This document shows positions 1 through 13,876 of a stretch of 64,000 bases of DNA, in pieces (positions within the stretch are counted from its first letter, which is position 1; every line of letters starts with the position of its first letter). The notes below the pieces were generated by a model. It ran no database searches. It saw only the letters and a list, made by a program, of their open reading frames with translations, and was not told the DNA's origin. The stretch is taken from contig JANJGN010000034.1 of assembly GCA_026770705.1 (NCBI GenBank), positions 4,402,001 through 4,466,000 of the forward strand, given 5' to 3'. The stretch comes from Isurus oxyrinchus. Its lineage: Eukaryota. Both the position numbers and the translations under genes were made by a program.

Positions 1-425
1 TTCAAAGCAGTTTTGCTTCGTCCGAAAGTCACAAACCACCATGTTACCCTTTTCAAAACATTTCTCCAAGTCGAGAGATGTCCAACTCATTTAGAATTGC
101 TTACTTATCTTTTATTGTAAAATGCTGTCTTTTCTAGCAGCAACCACCGCCAGGCTCGTTGCAGTGACCCATTAAGGAACAGTGTTTAAAAAAAAAAAAC
201 ATGTTTTTGCAGGATGCTCTTTGTCCTTGAAGATGAACTGTTTGCTGTTCCTAAAGGATTTGCTGCGTGGAAATTAATTAAACAGTTTAGAAAAATCGAT
301 TGTAAGTTAATGGCTAACATCATTGAGGCTAGTTTTATAGTTCGGGTCTCTTAACTGTACTTAAATACTCGAGCAGCTGTGGTGAGATTTGAACACGTTT
401 TGCCTGAGATTATTTTTTTTTACAG

Positions 426-446
426 ACCATACGCCCCTGGACATTG
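426..446 (+). CDS. Candidate 21-nt phase-1 microexon (DHTPLDI)
   Basis: tttttttttacag|ACCATACGCCCCTGGACATTG|gtgtta. Strong acceptor, weak donor. Open in phase 1 and ends in G like the other exons, but has no sequence similarity to them. Confidence 0.35.
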
Positions 447-969
447 GTGTTAGATTACCTATAATCTCTACGTGCAGAATGAATGCAAATTCAAACAAAA
501 AATGGCCCTTTGCAATGTGATTTGTGTAGAAATAACATATTATTGTTGCAATCATAATTTTATTCTGGTTCCAATTACTTTGATACTAATGATGCCCCCA
601 GCATTACAAATTCGGCATAAATGCAACAATGAGTTACCAGGCTGCGTTTCGTACTGCCACTGCTTGCACCGCAGTTTGGACGAACAGGGATGCCCAGAAT
701 CTACGCCAGCCGAAACGGGGATACAAGTCAGTGCTTTGTGCACCAATCAGCTCCATTCCAGCCGTCCAGCCAACTGGTACGCCAGGGAGGGCTCCAAAAT
801 ATATGTTGAAGCCTGAAGCTTTGGATTGGAATGGTAGACGGTCGAATTACCTCCTTACAACCTGTGATTGCTTTATCTTTCTTCTTTCTGTTCACCTTAT
901 ATCGCTCGTAAGCTGTTCCAGTACAAGTACGTAACTGGCATTGATTTATTAGTTAATTTTGTTTGTTTT

Positions 970-2280
970 TGCTGGAAAGAATTACAACATTGGCATCTAA
1001 ACGGCTATGTAGAAAATTGCCCAGATATGTCTATACACATAAGCAGGAGAAGTCAAACTGTTCCAGTTACCACCCCATCAGTCTTATCTTCATAATCAGT
1101 AAAATAATGGAAGGGACCATCAACATTGCTCCAATGGGGCTCTTGCTTTGCAATAGTTTGCTCATTGGCGAACAGTTTAATTTCCACAATGGCCTCGCAA
1201 CTCCTGCCTTCATTACATCCATGTTTCAAGCATAGTTAACGTAGCTAAATTCCAGAGGTGAGGTGTGAGTTTCGGCCCTTGACGTAAACTTCTCATTGGA
1301 CCAAGGCTGGCATCAAGGATTCCCTGAAAAAAAAACTGGTATCAAAAGAGATGAAGCTTAAAACTCTCAGCCTTTTGGAAACATACCTGGCCAAAAAGAA
1401 AAATAAAATAAATGGCTGTGGTTGTTGAAGGTCAATAATCTCAGCTCCAGGACCTCACTGCATGAGTTCCTCCGGGTACTGGTCTTGAAGCATCGATCTT
1501 GAGCTGCTTCAAGAATGATCTTCCGTCCATCATAAGGTCAGAATTGTGGAAGAGCACTGAAAATTGTATAAAGTTGAACACCATTCGTGAGTCCTCAAAT
1601 ACGGAAGCTTTCCATGTCCAAAGGCATGAAGTCCTGGGCAACATCCATGCTTGGGCTGACAAGTAAAATTTTCGCCACACAATTGTCAGGCAAAGACAAA
1701 CTTCAACAAGACAAAATCCAAACATCACCCCTTGATGTTCAATGGATTAATATGACTGAATGCCTCAGTATCAAATCCTTGGACGTTACCTTCCTTCAAA
1801 ATACATATATTCTGTAGCTACAAGTGCAAGGCAGATTCTAAACATCCTGCGATGAGTAGCTCAAATTCTGACTGCCTAAATATTTGGCAACTATCTACAT
1901 GGCAGAAGTCAATAGTGTGATGTAATGCTCCTCATTGGCTTGAGTGAGTGCAACTCTCACTACTCTCTAGAAGCTTAAAAGCATCCAGGGCAAAACAGCC
2001 CGCTTGATTGGCACCATGCCCACATATAATCAATACCACACCAAAGTGGAAGAACTGTGCACTATCTACAAGATCTACTGTAGTAATTCAAAAAGGCTCC
2101 AGATACAACTACCAAACCCACGACCGCTACCACCTAGACGGATAAGGGCAGCAGATGGCAATAAAACCAAATGCAACTTCCGTGCCAAGTCACTCAGCAT
2201 CCTGACTCGGCAATGTATCGCCATGCCATGCCTGTCGCTGGCCCAAAGTCCTGGAGCTCAATTCCTATCAACAATGCATT
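970..2280 (+). mobile_element. Decayed L2-like LINE, RT domain to 3' part of ORF2
   Basis: Frame-shifted remnants KSNCSSYHPISLIFIISKIMEG, vestiges of GVPQGS and NDLPS, and CTIYKIYCSNS..LPNPRPLPPRR. Boundaries approximate. Confidence 0.85.
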
Positions 2281-2284
2281 GGAG

Positions 2285-3200
2285 ACTGAACTACTTCTTC
2301 AACTCTTCTGCCATGTCCTGCTTCCCCATGACAATTTTCACAGCCCCATTCTCCAAAGAGTCCATCTTCAATTGGGCCTCTTTTTTTTTTACATATTTAA
2401 AGAATTTTATTTAGGTTGCTAGTTTAAACTCAAAGATATCTTTTTCCATTTGTACTAATATTTGTTCATCTTTTGTACCTTATTTTAAATTTGCCAACCG
2501 TCTGGCTTCCCACTGATCTTTGCAAAATTTCATTTTTTTTTTCTTTCAATGTGTTACTATCCTTAACTTCCTTGGTTAACCATGGTTGGTTTACCCACTT
2601 CCTAGAATCCTTCTTCCTCCCTGGGATATATATTTGACATAATTCACGAACTATGTACTTTTACACCTGCCATTGTTTACCAACCCTCTTTTCTGATAAA
2701 CTTATTTCCCTAGTCCACTCCAGCCAACACTGCCTTCAAACCTTTGAAATTACCCTTAATTAAGTTTAGCATAGCTATCTGCGATGCAAGTTTCTCTTCT
2801 CCAACTGAAGGCTAAATTATTTTATTTCTGCTTACTTTTTTCTGAAGGGGCCATTACTCTGAAATACTATATGAAACCTATCCAACTACACATAACTAGG
2901 TCCAAAATAGCTTGATCCCTGGTTTGATTCACAGCATATTGTTCTACAAACATGTCACAAATACGATTTACGAACTCTTGTTCGTGGCTGCCTCTGACAG
3001 CTTGAATTTTACAATCAACCTTGAAGATTGAGGTCACCCATCGTTAAAGTAATACCGTTTTGACATTCAATCATTATCTCGTGATGTATCCTTTTGTCCA
3101 AAATAATACCTACTTCAAAATAATACCCACCAGTGTCTTTTTCTGCTTGTTGTTCCTTACCTCTACCCATATGGATTCTACAATTTATCATCCAAGATCT
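2285..3200 (-). mobile_element. Decayed CR1 LINE fragment (endonuclease/linker)
   Basis: Minus-strand remnant TMGDLNL, resembling the APE endonuclease GDFN motif, near 3020-3045; CR1-like flanks. Confidence 0.65.
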
Positions 3201-3214
3201 TTTCTTTCTATCGT

Positions 3215-3750
3215 ATTTATAAGGAAAACAAGAGGTCTGTATGCATGTACAAAATTCATTTAGCAGGGCCAATATTATGATGGCTTTTATCACAAGCATT
3301 ATTGGGACACAGCACTAACGAAGTCTTTCTCCAAGTATACATGGTTTTGGTGGGACCACATCCTGAATGTCTTGTGCTGCTTTTGCCTTGCCATTTAATT
3401 TTGGATATTCTTGCTTTGGAGGTTGTACAGTGAAGGTTTGACAAATTATTCCTTCGGATGAATGGGTTGTACTATGATGACAGGCTTTGTACATTGGCCT
3501 TTTTTTCTGTGGATGCTTGAAGAATGACAGATGATATCATTGAAAAATAGAAGAACCTGACGTGGCGATATTGGGTAGATGAGAGATTTTACCAGCTAGT
3601 CAAAGATTTAAGAGCCCATGGCCGAGGCTCAGCAAATTGTGGCAATCATTTAGAAATGAGAGAAGATGAAACTACATCACTCAGAGATTTGTCAAGTCGG
3701 TAATTCTATGCAGCACAGGGTTCTGAATGCCCCACTGTTGAAAACATGAA
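3215..3750 (+). mobile_element. Decayed CR1 LINE 3' end
   Basis: Resembles the better preserved CR1 copy at 31255-32120 (gcttttatcacaag..ggaccacatcctgaat..ggaggttgtacagtgaaggtttgac). Confidence 0.7.
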
Positions 3751-4423
3751 ATAAAGGGACATGTTATTGTGATTTTTCTCCTTCGTGTCAATGCTCCTGA
3801 ATCGTGCTCAACCCATCGCATCACAAAAAGACATTCAAATGTTCTCAGATGTTTTTAACTTGCAATCATTGAGTCGCATTTATCTGGCCCTGACCGTTCC
3901 TCCGCAACCACCAGCCCCAACTACACCTCCACCCAACCCAACACCCACACCCACAATCATTAGAATTCACTTACTACTTTTTAATTATTGTACGTTGGTT
4001 TAAACTCCATATAATGTTCCTTATCATTCCAACAATAGCCTAAGCCTAATACTCCAATGGGTATTACTCCCTAAATACCCTCTCCTCACTTTTAGTGCAT
4101 TTATCCAAGTGGTTCCCGAATTAGAGATGCACCCAGTCCCCATGCTCGTTTGACCAGATACATATTAAGCTACAAAATTACACTGAAACGACATAGGTAA
4201 CAACTATCACTTTCTGTAATTTACAAGGACGATTTTAGCTCCCTACATCATGTGAATTTAGCCAACATAAGGGCGGTCAAATCCTTGTATCCCTCAGCAA
4301 AGGTTCTGTAGGTTTGTTCCATTATACCGTCTCCAAGAGCTGCGAGCAATATGACCTATAAACTGGCGTATTGCAACCTTTATTGTTTAATGCTTCCAAT
4401 TAAATTTATTGCGTACAGGGATT

Positions 4424-4770
4424 TGGCGAGACAGTGGCATAGTGCTGTTGCTGCTGGGTTGTTGCTCCAGAAACCTACGGTAAAGCTTGGGTTTGAATCT
4501 CATCATGGTAGCTGGTGAAATTCCAGTTCAATAGAAATTTAGAATTTAAAAATTTGATGGTGACCATGAAACCATAGTCGTTTTTTTTATCTCGTTCATT
4601 AAGGCCCGTTATCGAAGTAAACCTGCTCTCCTTACATGCTCTGGCTTTCATGCAACTCCAGGCTCGCAGCAATGTCATTGTCTTTTAACTGCACTCTGAA
4701 CAAGGTAAAATAGGGATTGGCAATAAATGCTGAACTAGCCAGTGACGCCCACAACCTGTGAAATAATTAA
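4424..4770 (+). mobile_element. tRNA-derived shark SINE (SacSINE1-like)
   Basis: A-box-like gtggcatagtgc, B-box-like ggtttgaatctc, body gatggtgaccatgaaacc, and tail ggcaataaatgctgaactagccagtgacgcccac. Family name recognised from memory. Confidence 0.75.
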
Positions 4771-5190
4771 TGCAAAAGCCACGCTTGGACTTCCTTTCTC
4801 ACAAGCGCTGCAATGTTCGTAATTAATAGTGCAAGCATTCGTCCTTTATTTCCAGGCAAACATTACCGGATTTTTTTCATTTAATACCAACTCTTGCCAT
4901 TAATGTTCTCTGTTATTGCTCTATCTCCATGTTCTCACAAATTTCTTGTGCCTGCAGCTCAATCTGCTTATGTTTCACACTATTTAATGAGCTTGCATTA
5001 AAATATTTTAGGCTTTATTGCATTCCATATTCCAAGCCCGCATATAATCCATTATGATGTGTTACTTTTATTCAACTTTCTTTCTTTCTTTTTCCCCATT
5101 CTGGCTCTCAACAGTTTCCCCTTGATTCGTAATTACTTTGACATTGTCTGGATGCTTTCACACTGCTCTCGGCCGATTTCTTTTTGGCAG

Positions 5191-5226
5191 AACTGTAGTG
5201 AATTTCAACCAATCTCCGTAATTCAT
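5191..5226 (+). pseudogene. Fossil 36-nt-class exon (EL**ISTNLRNS)
   Basis: tttttggcag acceptor. E1 L2 ... N8 L9 R10 N11 S12 is in register with ELVPLKENLHNT (12375). Two stops, no GT at +36. Confidence 0.4.
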
Positions 5227-6536
5227 TTTTTAAGAAATTATGGACTACGAATGCAGTGTGTCTGCAGCTTCATGGTGCTGTCGGAACGCAAAACGAGCAC
5301 TGGTGTGCTGTTAATCATAGAGCCGCTGTTGCTTGTTGGCACTGATGAGCACAATTTCCTTCCAGCGCTGAGCTGATAACTGATAGTAGAAAAGATGGAC
5401 GAAAATTGGCATGAATGGAATGCTCCTGCATTTGAGACAGGGTCAACCTGGGACATTTTACACATTATCAAGGAATTTTCTCTGTTATCACTAAACTGAA
5501 ATGAATCAATAAATGGTGCAACTAGTTACCAAATACAGTTATTCGGTACTGCTGCCAAAACGTTGTCAGAGCCCAAATATTTTTTTCTGCACATAGCACC
5601 GCCAGCAGGTTTGATATTTTCCGGTCTTTTTCATAACCTTTACACGAAAGTGTTTGGCTCCTCAACAAGCTTGGTTGGTTGATATTAGACAGAGTGCCCT
5701 CCCAATGCCAGCTCCTACACCAGCCCCCCTCCACCTCCGCACCTTTTACCTATTAAGTGGTGCCCAGAAGGTGGCGGAAGTGTTGTGGACATGTTGGATT
5801 TGACTGTTCGGGCCACTGCTTAAGATAAATGTGAAGGACAGTTAGATCGGCTTGTTTTGGCTGGTTGCGTGGAACAATTGGTCTCCATTGACAAGCAGAT
5901 GTGCTTAGGTTGAGGAAACTTAAAATTATTGAAATTTCCATATCCTATACGTGCACCATGAGACCTTGACATCAGGCAGTTAGTGGATTGTTTACAAAAC
6001 AAAAGCTGGAATATGCATACTAGCAAGCGAGGCGAAAACAGTAAGTCCTCCCACCTTAAATGGTAAAACTAAGAGTGGACTACGCACCTTAGCATTTCCC
6101 GATGTTCAGAATGTGAGGTTTCGTCATTGGAGTGGTCCAAATAAAAAATAATGATATCATACTTTGTTTTCTGAATGCCAATCATAGTGACAGGTTATAT
6201 TCATATTGTGATCATTGTGAATGTTGTGACGATTATTATTATAAATATTATCATCATCATCATCAGGTAATGGCGAATACTTCACAGTCATTGCAGAGTA
6301 TTAATTACCTAATTCAATTCTGTATTCGTAATCAGGGCAATATCTAGGGTTATATTTAAAATGCATTAGTGTTACATTATTTAATAGTTTTTCATTAATT
6401 AATTAATCTCATTTTGTCAAAAGAAGTATTATGATTGTGGATAATGTTGACAGCTATCTATTAGTAAGCAAGGCAGCCCTTTTGAAAATGAAGTCATCAC
6501 TTAAAATTAATCTCAAATGTTAATATTATTCTTTAG

Positions 6537-6563
6537 AAGGCAGTTTGCAGAAGTGCCATGAAG
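6537..6563 (+). CDS. 27-nt phase-1 microexon (EGSLQKCHE)
   Basis: ttattctttag|AAGGCAGTTTGCAGAAGTGCCATGAAG|gtaatg. Similar to exons 13071 and 14572. Confidence 0.8.
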
Positions 6564-7829
6564 GTAATGATGTGTGACATGGATTACTTAATATGCTTCA
6601 CTGTCATTATCACTCCTGCCCACTGCACCTCTTGCAATCATCTACGGTGTCAAACAATTTTAATAGGATTATAACTGAGATCATAACAAAGGCAGGAACC
6701 ATGTGTTCTGAGGCGAATTCAACATGATCCTTCTTCATTACGTGAGAACATTGCAAACATTTTTTTTTTCCACTGTGCTCGTTATCCAGAGCAGACTGAT
6801 GGCCCTGTCATTGAATTAAGCATTGGACTTTCAATTGGTACCAAAACTCTGTGCCTGCAATCTTCCAGATATTTAACAAGGGGGAATGGATGCTGATGCA
6901 GAATGGATAACGGATAAGCAAAGCAATATTATTGCAAATAGTGTAGCCGCCCAGAGATAAGGCTGTGACGGAAAGCTGGTTATAAATACCATGTATGTTT
7001 GCCTTCAGATGGTTTGCCCACAGCGGAGCAAGGTGATGAGAAATTGATTGGGGCAAATCCCGGGGAGGGGGGCTTGTGTAGAAGCAGCAGAGTGAACAAT
7101 GTCATTGGATTTTATTTTTTCCTGGCTAGGACAACATCCAAGAATACAGGACAAAATTTCTGCATTCCGAACCAGCTGGGCAAGAGTGGGTTTGAAGCTG
7201 GATAAAGAAATGATGGATTTTGCTTCAATATGTTCTAGGAGTTATTGTTGAACCTCAGATATCCTGATTTAAGTTCGCTGATGGTCTCTGAACCTGACCA
7301 TGTTTCCATTGCGTTATTTCCACAGACCACGAAGTTTATTAGCCTCAGTGTGACAAAATATTTTGTCCGCACAAAGCATGAGCAGTGAAGACTCACACCA
7401 ATAATGCAATGCACAAAACAATTTAAGATCTATAGCATGGTGAGGAAAATGTCCTGCAGGATTTTCCATCTGTCTGATTTGTACAAAGCCCATCAACGGC
7501 CCATTGGGTAGTTAGGTTTTTGAGGTCTCTGCCATGTCCAACATTCGTAAAAGTGTGGAGACTACATTAATATTGGACAATGGATAGCCCACCCAAAATG
7601 AATCCTGTTACCTTGCAACCCAGAATACTGATTTAATACTATTCAATATAGCTATTACTGAATCCTCAGCAAATGGAGAATGATAGGAGAATCCTTTACT
7701 AATGTTTGGCTTGATACCTTGTAACTTCTTCGGGTCAGAGTCAATCTTGTCGACTCTCAACGCCACTGAATTTGACTGGAAACCACTAAGGCTGCACAAC
7801 AATTTCAAAATCACGATGCTGTTTTATTA

Positions 7830-8130
7830 GAAGCGAGTGCTCATCAAGGAGCACAAGCGTGGTAATAGTAAGGGGCATCCTCCAAATTAAGACTTTAACG
7901 TTACAACGTCTTAAAAGTCAAGCTTATGGAATGTAGATTTGCGTATACCAGTCAGGTACGCCATGGAAATCTCGAAAATAATGGAAAAACAGCATTAATG
8001 ATGCTTTGAAAAAGCAGGCCGTCTAGGACAGTAGCACAGTCAAGCAATGGTATGGGGTTGGAAATAGCCTGCACTTCTGATGGAACAACTGAGATTTCAA
8101 AGATCTTTTTGGGATCAAAATGGGACATTA
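7830..8130 (+). mobile_element. Very decayed RTE-clade LINE 3' fragment
   Basis: gggcatcctccaaattaagactttaa...cttaaaagtcaagcttatggaatgtagat...tggaaaaacagcatt resembles the RTE C-terminal GRPKLRFKD..LK..W motif. Confidence 0.45.
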
Positions 8131-8914
8131 AGTTGGCAAACAGACTATCTCAAGCTCAGTACTTGCCAGCGGTGGGAAAGAATTGCTAGTTAGGGACCGA
8201 ATTTTCCAGTAGGGGCGGAAAATAAAAAAAATGCCACCCCTCTTCCCAAGAACAGTTCTGCTTCTCTCTGCTTCTATGATAGATACATAGCCTGATTCAT
8301 ATGAAAAGGTGTAATACTCGCAAAAGGAAGCTCTGAGGTAGAACTGGATGTCAGCAACGTTAATGAGAAAAGTGACAAAGGATACTTCGTGTAAAGCTGC
8401 ATGCGCGAGAAATCTGAAGTGGGTAAGCATCAATCCTTCGGGACAACAAATGTAACAAAGTGCGAACAGCAGCTCAAGACATTGCCATAGCTTTGCTGCC
8501 TGCGATTAGATCAACAATGAACTAAGTGTGCGCCGTCCCAGCAGTGCAAATTCCTGGATCGATGATGCTGTTGCCAAGCATGTCAAAGGTGACAGACAGT
8601 GCAGAAGGGCTGGAAGGAGGCCTTGCCTTTGCAATCGATCGGGAGCGTGCCACTACTGACTTTTATAATCTGTCATAATTGAAAATCTGTTGGAACAGAG
8701 TGTAGAATGGATCTCAGGGAAAGATGGAAGAGGCTCCACTGTTTTAAAGAGAAAGTTACGTCTTGAAATGTGACTGTAGTTTCTTTGGCGCAGGAATACA
8801 AAAATATATTTTGGAGATTGGCAGTGATGACAGTTTTAAAGGACAAAATGGGCAACAGCTGAAGAGAGGGGACCATTTAAGATGCTGTCCGGCATGGGTG
8901 TTTGGAAATGAATA

Positions 8915-9590
8915 AATATCAAAACCAAAATAAAGCAAGTGCTGAAAATCTTCCAATAAAAGAGTAAACATCCATCACTATCTTACCAGTTCAAGGATCA
9001 TTGGTGGAGGTGCCAGATTAAAAATATGAAAGGAACAGACAATCTTCAAACCTGGGCATTGCAAGTGAAATAGGTTGGTGGTGTTGGCGGAAATAGAATA
9101 TAATGAACATATTGTTATAGAGTGGAGGGCACGAAACATTAAATGAGAAATGGTTTAATGGTGGATGCTCGAAAAAGAGGCATAATGGGTGTAGTGAGGA
9201 AAAAAAAAATTCCCGTTGAGTTGTGGTTTGGGCTGAAAAGGAAATGCGAAAAAGTAAGCTAAGATACGAAACAAAACCGAAACAAGAAATAAATATGAAA
9301 AACATCTGCTAATTAGTCAATTGAGAAGGCTGTTGAATTCCAAGGCCAAAGATGTATCTCCTTCCCTCGTCCTCTTCTGGAATTGAGATTCACAAGACTA
9401 ATGCAGCATGCCAAAAGCAGAAAGGTAAGGATAGGAGAAAAAGCATTGAATCGTAATCAACAGGAAACCCAGGCAGCAGGAAATGACGTGAAATATCAAC
9501 GGCCTGAAGCTTTCACTTTGTTTCTCCCCGTAAACGCTGCTGGGAATGCACAGATTTACGAGCATTCTTTGCTTACTGTTTCAATTGTAA
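8915..9590. mobile_element. Decayed Penelope-like fragments
   Basis: Terminal-type segments (aaaataaagcaagtgctgaaaatc; tttctccccgtaaacgctgc...gagcattctttgc) resemble the segment at 11600-11745. Confidence 0.4.
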
Positions 9591-11266
9591 AAAAAATCAA
9601 TTCAGTTTGCCAATTATATCATTTAATTAGCTTTTTCAAAAATCAGGTGAAGTGATTTTATCTTAAACTATAGGTCATAGAATTTATAAAAAGAAACAAT
9701 TGCAACATTAAACGAAAGTGAATTTCAGAAGTCTCTGATCTAAATGAACAACAAAGGGCGTTCATTTTCCTGCTGAGATATAACGTGGCTTGGCATCGGG
9801 GCATCAGCGGTTTTAAGACATCATACTATGCATGTGCTCGCCATATCACGTATATGCAGCTGGGACAAGAGAAATCTAAAGCTTCAGCGCAATAATGTAA
9901 GGACAGGTTATAGTCTGGTCGGTCACGAGCAGATTGGCCTTGCCACTGAGCATGAGCTATGGGACTATGTAATATCAGTCATTTAATTCAAATATATGCA
10001 TCAGGGAATACAGTTTTTAGTTACCAATTTTGCGGAATTGAAATCAGCAGTTTTATTACAATGAGCAATATATATTTTAAAGTGTTTCATTTCAAACAAG
10101 CTGAGATTGCACAGAAATGGGAAAGCATAATCATTTATGTGAGCCAAATATGTCCATGTTGTTGTTTATAACACACCTGGGCCTTCGCCAAACCCTTCTT
10201 AACGAGATTTTTTAGCATAACATTACATTCCGTCGTGTCCAAGTTTTCACCTAGCTCCGGATAAATGTTTGTGCGCTTTCACCTGAATTGTACATGTGAT
10301 TGCACATTCCAACATTGCAAATGTACTTGAGTTAATTAATTTGTACAGAATTCCTCACTGCAATAGTTAGGGACTTTCGTATATCTAACCTCCATAATTT
10401 TACTTTCCTGTCGAATGGTGTTGCCCGAATTTCTATCTGGCGAAATCCTGTCTTATGTTTCAAGGCTTTGTGTGCCGTATCCTTCATAGGATTGTTCCTC
10501 GGCTTGCTGATATTCTCCTGTTAGATCCAGCCACTCACACTTTGTACGATCCTTGTACAAATTAGTAGAGATACCTTGCTCTAATTTTTTGCAACGTCGC
10601 CTTGAAAATTTCCTGTGAGGTGAGGCCAAGAACTGTCCACAGCCAATAGAAGTATAGGCGATCAAGTGCAATTTGTGATTTGCCATTACAAAACATGAAA
10701 ACTGCTGGTGCGTTTGCACACCAAGGAAAAAAAAAATATTTTTTGGTGTGAAAAGTTTGTTGCATAAGTTATCGGTCCTCAAGGGCCTTTGGCGATATGG
10801 GAACAGTTGACATTTGCTTTTTCTTTCTCAGAAATATCAAAGCTGACCCAGGATATGATTTTCTCAGGTGAGGGCAGTTTTCTGGAGCACCATAATGGCT
10901 TGAGGTTATTTGGGTTTATCTGATGTTGTGAAACATTCAAAAATAGTTCCAGGATATTTTCGGATATATTCCCTCCAGTTAACCTTTTTAATTCCAGTTT
11001 TACCATATAGATTTGTTTCCAAAAATCTGAAAGTCACCCGACATTACAAGAATCACTATGCTTCACAACAGCAATAATTGGCTATAAAACGAAGTGTTGG
11101 CTACTGAGGCTTTGAACGGTATAGTACAAATGTGTCTTTAGCTTTTCTTTTTAACAGCAAGCAGACCATAACAAACAACCTCACATAGCTAACACCCGCG
11201 CTGAATATGCCTGTTGAAATCAAGTTCATGCTTTAACCTTGTTCTTTCTTTTGTTTTTTCATTTAG

Positions 11267-11293
11267 AGATAAAATTGTGTCAAGGCCTGAAAG
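11267..11293 (+). CDS. 27-nt phase-1 microexon (EIKLCQGLK)
   Basis: ttcttttgttttttcatttag|AGATAAAATTGTGTCAAGGCCTGAAAG|gtaaac. Shows the xxKL pattern. Confidence 0.75.
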
Positions 11294-11599
11294 GTAAACT
11301 AGGGTCAAATATAAAATGTGTATCATTACGTAATTCATAACTATGCATGAGTAAAAAAACCTGCAAATTGCATCCTTCAGAGCACTATATCCTCACGCAC
11401 GCCGACTCATAACAACTCCAAAGCAATCACCGTCATCGCTGCTTAAGTGACCTGCATGGCTGCCGGCCTGGCATCACCCATATTTTTTAAAACTCGCCGC
11501 TGTTTTGAAATCGAGTTAAATTTCACCAAACACAAAACTTTTAGAACTCCTCGAAGATCATGTGATAAAATTGCATAAACTTTAGGACACAGAAAGAAG

Positions 11600-11745
11600 T
11601 CAACTAGTTCTGTTGAAAAGCCATCAGGACTCGAAACGTCAACTCTTTCCATCACTGTCGATGCTGCCAGTCCTGCTGAGTTTCTCCAGGTAATTCTGTT
11701 TTTGTTTTGGATTTTCAGCATCTGCAGTTCTTTGTTTTTATCATT
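11600..11745 (+). mobile_element. Penelope-like terminal fragment
   Basis: ctgttgaaaagccatcaggactcgaaacgtcaactc...gatgctgccagtcctgctgagtttctccagg...cagcatctgcag, a common shark PLE terminal sequence. Confidence 0.6.
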
Positions 11746-12374
11746 GTTTTTATCTTTTTGTTTTTATCTCTGTATTTATTGTTTGTTTGTTTCTGTTCAC
11801 TTGTTTGTCTTTAAACATTAATTTTTCCATAAGGTCAAAATAGAGCAAAGTGCCGGCTTACTAAATAGCTGCAAATCTTACACACTGTTAGAAATATCGG
11901 GTAACCGTTGCTGGTGATTGAGATCCCAAGTGTTGGTACAGCAAAACGTGCAGTTGACAGCCACTGTCATCACTGCGCGTGAGTAGTGTAGGGAGACAAT
12001 GAAAAAGGTAATGAATGCAATGTCGAAAAAAAGGCCTACTTTATCCGGCCTGGAGTCAAGCTTCTTGAGTATTCTTACCAGCCCCATCCTTGTCCCCCAA
12101 ATTTGTGGGATACATTTTTGGTGTGTTTGTTTTCGTTCGGCTGTTTGCCTTTATTTATTGCATTTTCCATCATGACAAAATAGGGCTTGACCATAAGTAC
12201 AGAATAGGGCAGAGTGCCAACTTATTAAATAGCTGCAAAACTGGCATATATCTGCTGCACCAGCAAGGAATTAGTTATGCTGAACATAAATTAAGCAGTA
12301 GCCCTCTTTCGAGCAGTGTTTGATTTACTGAGTACGTTTGGTAATTAGTCCTGTGATGGCTGTTATATTTTAAG

Positions 12375-12410
12375 AGTTAGTGCCACTGAAGGAAAATCTT
12401 CACAACACAG
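12375..12410 (+). pseudogene. Inactivated 36-nt exon (ELVPLKENLHNT), donor GT>TT
   Basis: ttttaag|AGTTAGTGCCACTGAAGGAAAATCTTCACAACACAG|ttaaga. The paralog at 13877 has gtaaga. Confidence 0.75.
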
Positions 12411-13070
12411 TTAAGAATGTATATTAATGATCCATGTCCAACAATGTTTTACGGCCTCCCATTTAGACATCCCACTGCGTATAACAATAAATTTTCTCCT
12501 TCAAATGTTAACTTTTCAATCATATTGGATTGACTGAAAGAATCCTTAAGTTGCAGTTAACTCGACTTAAGAGCAGTTAGTAGAGACAATCATGGTGCAT
12601 GTATTACAATCAGTGTGCAGGGATGTTTCACCTTTAAAATAAGGTTTAAAAAATGTTAATTTATTCTGGGTTATAATAATTATGATAGTTTGCCATGTAT
12701 TTGATCATTATGATTATAATTAAAATTGGCAGTCTTGTTCTTGCTATACAAAACATTGTTGCTTTTGTATCTTCAGTATGATAATGATGGCTACTAATAT
12801 TGTCATTATAATCGGCTGAATGTTGAATTTAACTGTGGATTATAAATTATTAATTGGCGTGAGGTGTTAATAATATTCAGAGCAAAATGGCAACTTTAAA
12901 TTACAATTTAGCATCGTCTACATTATTCATGTGTAATTAATTAATACCCATGCGTTATTGTTTTCACTATGAAGTACAAAATAACATTTAGCGTAGTATT
13001 GACATCTCATTATTATTTCAGCATTGATTTGTTATTTATTATTAACTTACAATTACATCTTAATATTCAG

Positions 13071-13097
13071 AAGACAGCCTGGATAATTGCCAGGAAG
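13071..13097 (+). CDS. 27-nt phase-1 microexon (EDSLDNCQE)
   Basis: catcttaatattcag|AAGACAGCCTGGATAATTGCCAGGAAG|gtatgc. Confidence 0.8.
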
Positions 13098-13876
13098 GTA
13101 TGCATTCCAAACATGACTTATTATTTAAGCTGAGATTATTTGCCTTGAGTTACGGACAACATTTTGTAGCTAGTTACAATTGCCTTGAGGAGATCGCAAT
13201 GACCTGTGATCAACCATTGTTGTACTCTTAGTAGGAAAAACACACAAAGTCCTTTATAAGGGCATTCAATGATATTCTCATTGTCACATTGAAGTTACGA
13301 TAATATAGTTCCACATTGGCGTGGTGTGTTCTTTAGTAAACAGCTTGCAGTCGGAAGTGTTCCCAATATTTTGAAGCCGCTGTCCATCACACTGTTACAA
13401 ATAGCGGGTAACCGTTGCTAGTTAAGAAGATTCCATGTGTTGGTGCAGTGAAACTTGTAGTTGATATGCACTGCCACTACTGAGCGCCGGATGGGTAGGG
13501 ACACAATGAAAATAGTAATGAATGGAATGTCGACAATTAGGGCTACCATATCAAGCTTGGAATCGAGCTTCTTGACTTTTGTGATCTGGCCCAGCCACTC
13601 CACCTCTGTCCCTGAAATTGTTCGGATGCATTTTTTGCATGTTTGTTATATCCTTCTGTTTCTCTTTAAATATTACATTTTCCATATGGACAAAATAGTG
13701 CAAGGGCCCAACTTACTAAATGACCACGGAACTGGCATATATCCACCTGCACTGAAAGGGAATTAGTTATGCCGAACATGGATTAGCTGTCGCCCTCTTT
13801 AGTTCACAGTTTCAATTTCTGAGGAGCTTTGATGATGAATCCTGATGGTGATGACTGACTGCTATTTTAAATTCAG

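Noticed and set aside
3900-3960. Pro/Thr-rich ORF segments (also 44300-44390) and a His/Tyr run at ~6230-6265
   Set aside because: Low-complexity C-rich and (TCA)n/(TTA)n tracts without splice context.
8283-8308. Exon-like segment with a good acceptor
   Set aside because: 26 nt with a phase-1 stop and no convincing match to either exon class.
9407-9424. 18-nt segment before gtaagg
   Set aside because: No pyrimidine tract, and it lies in probable Penelope-derived sequence.
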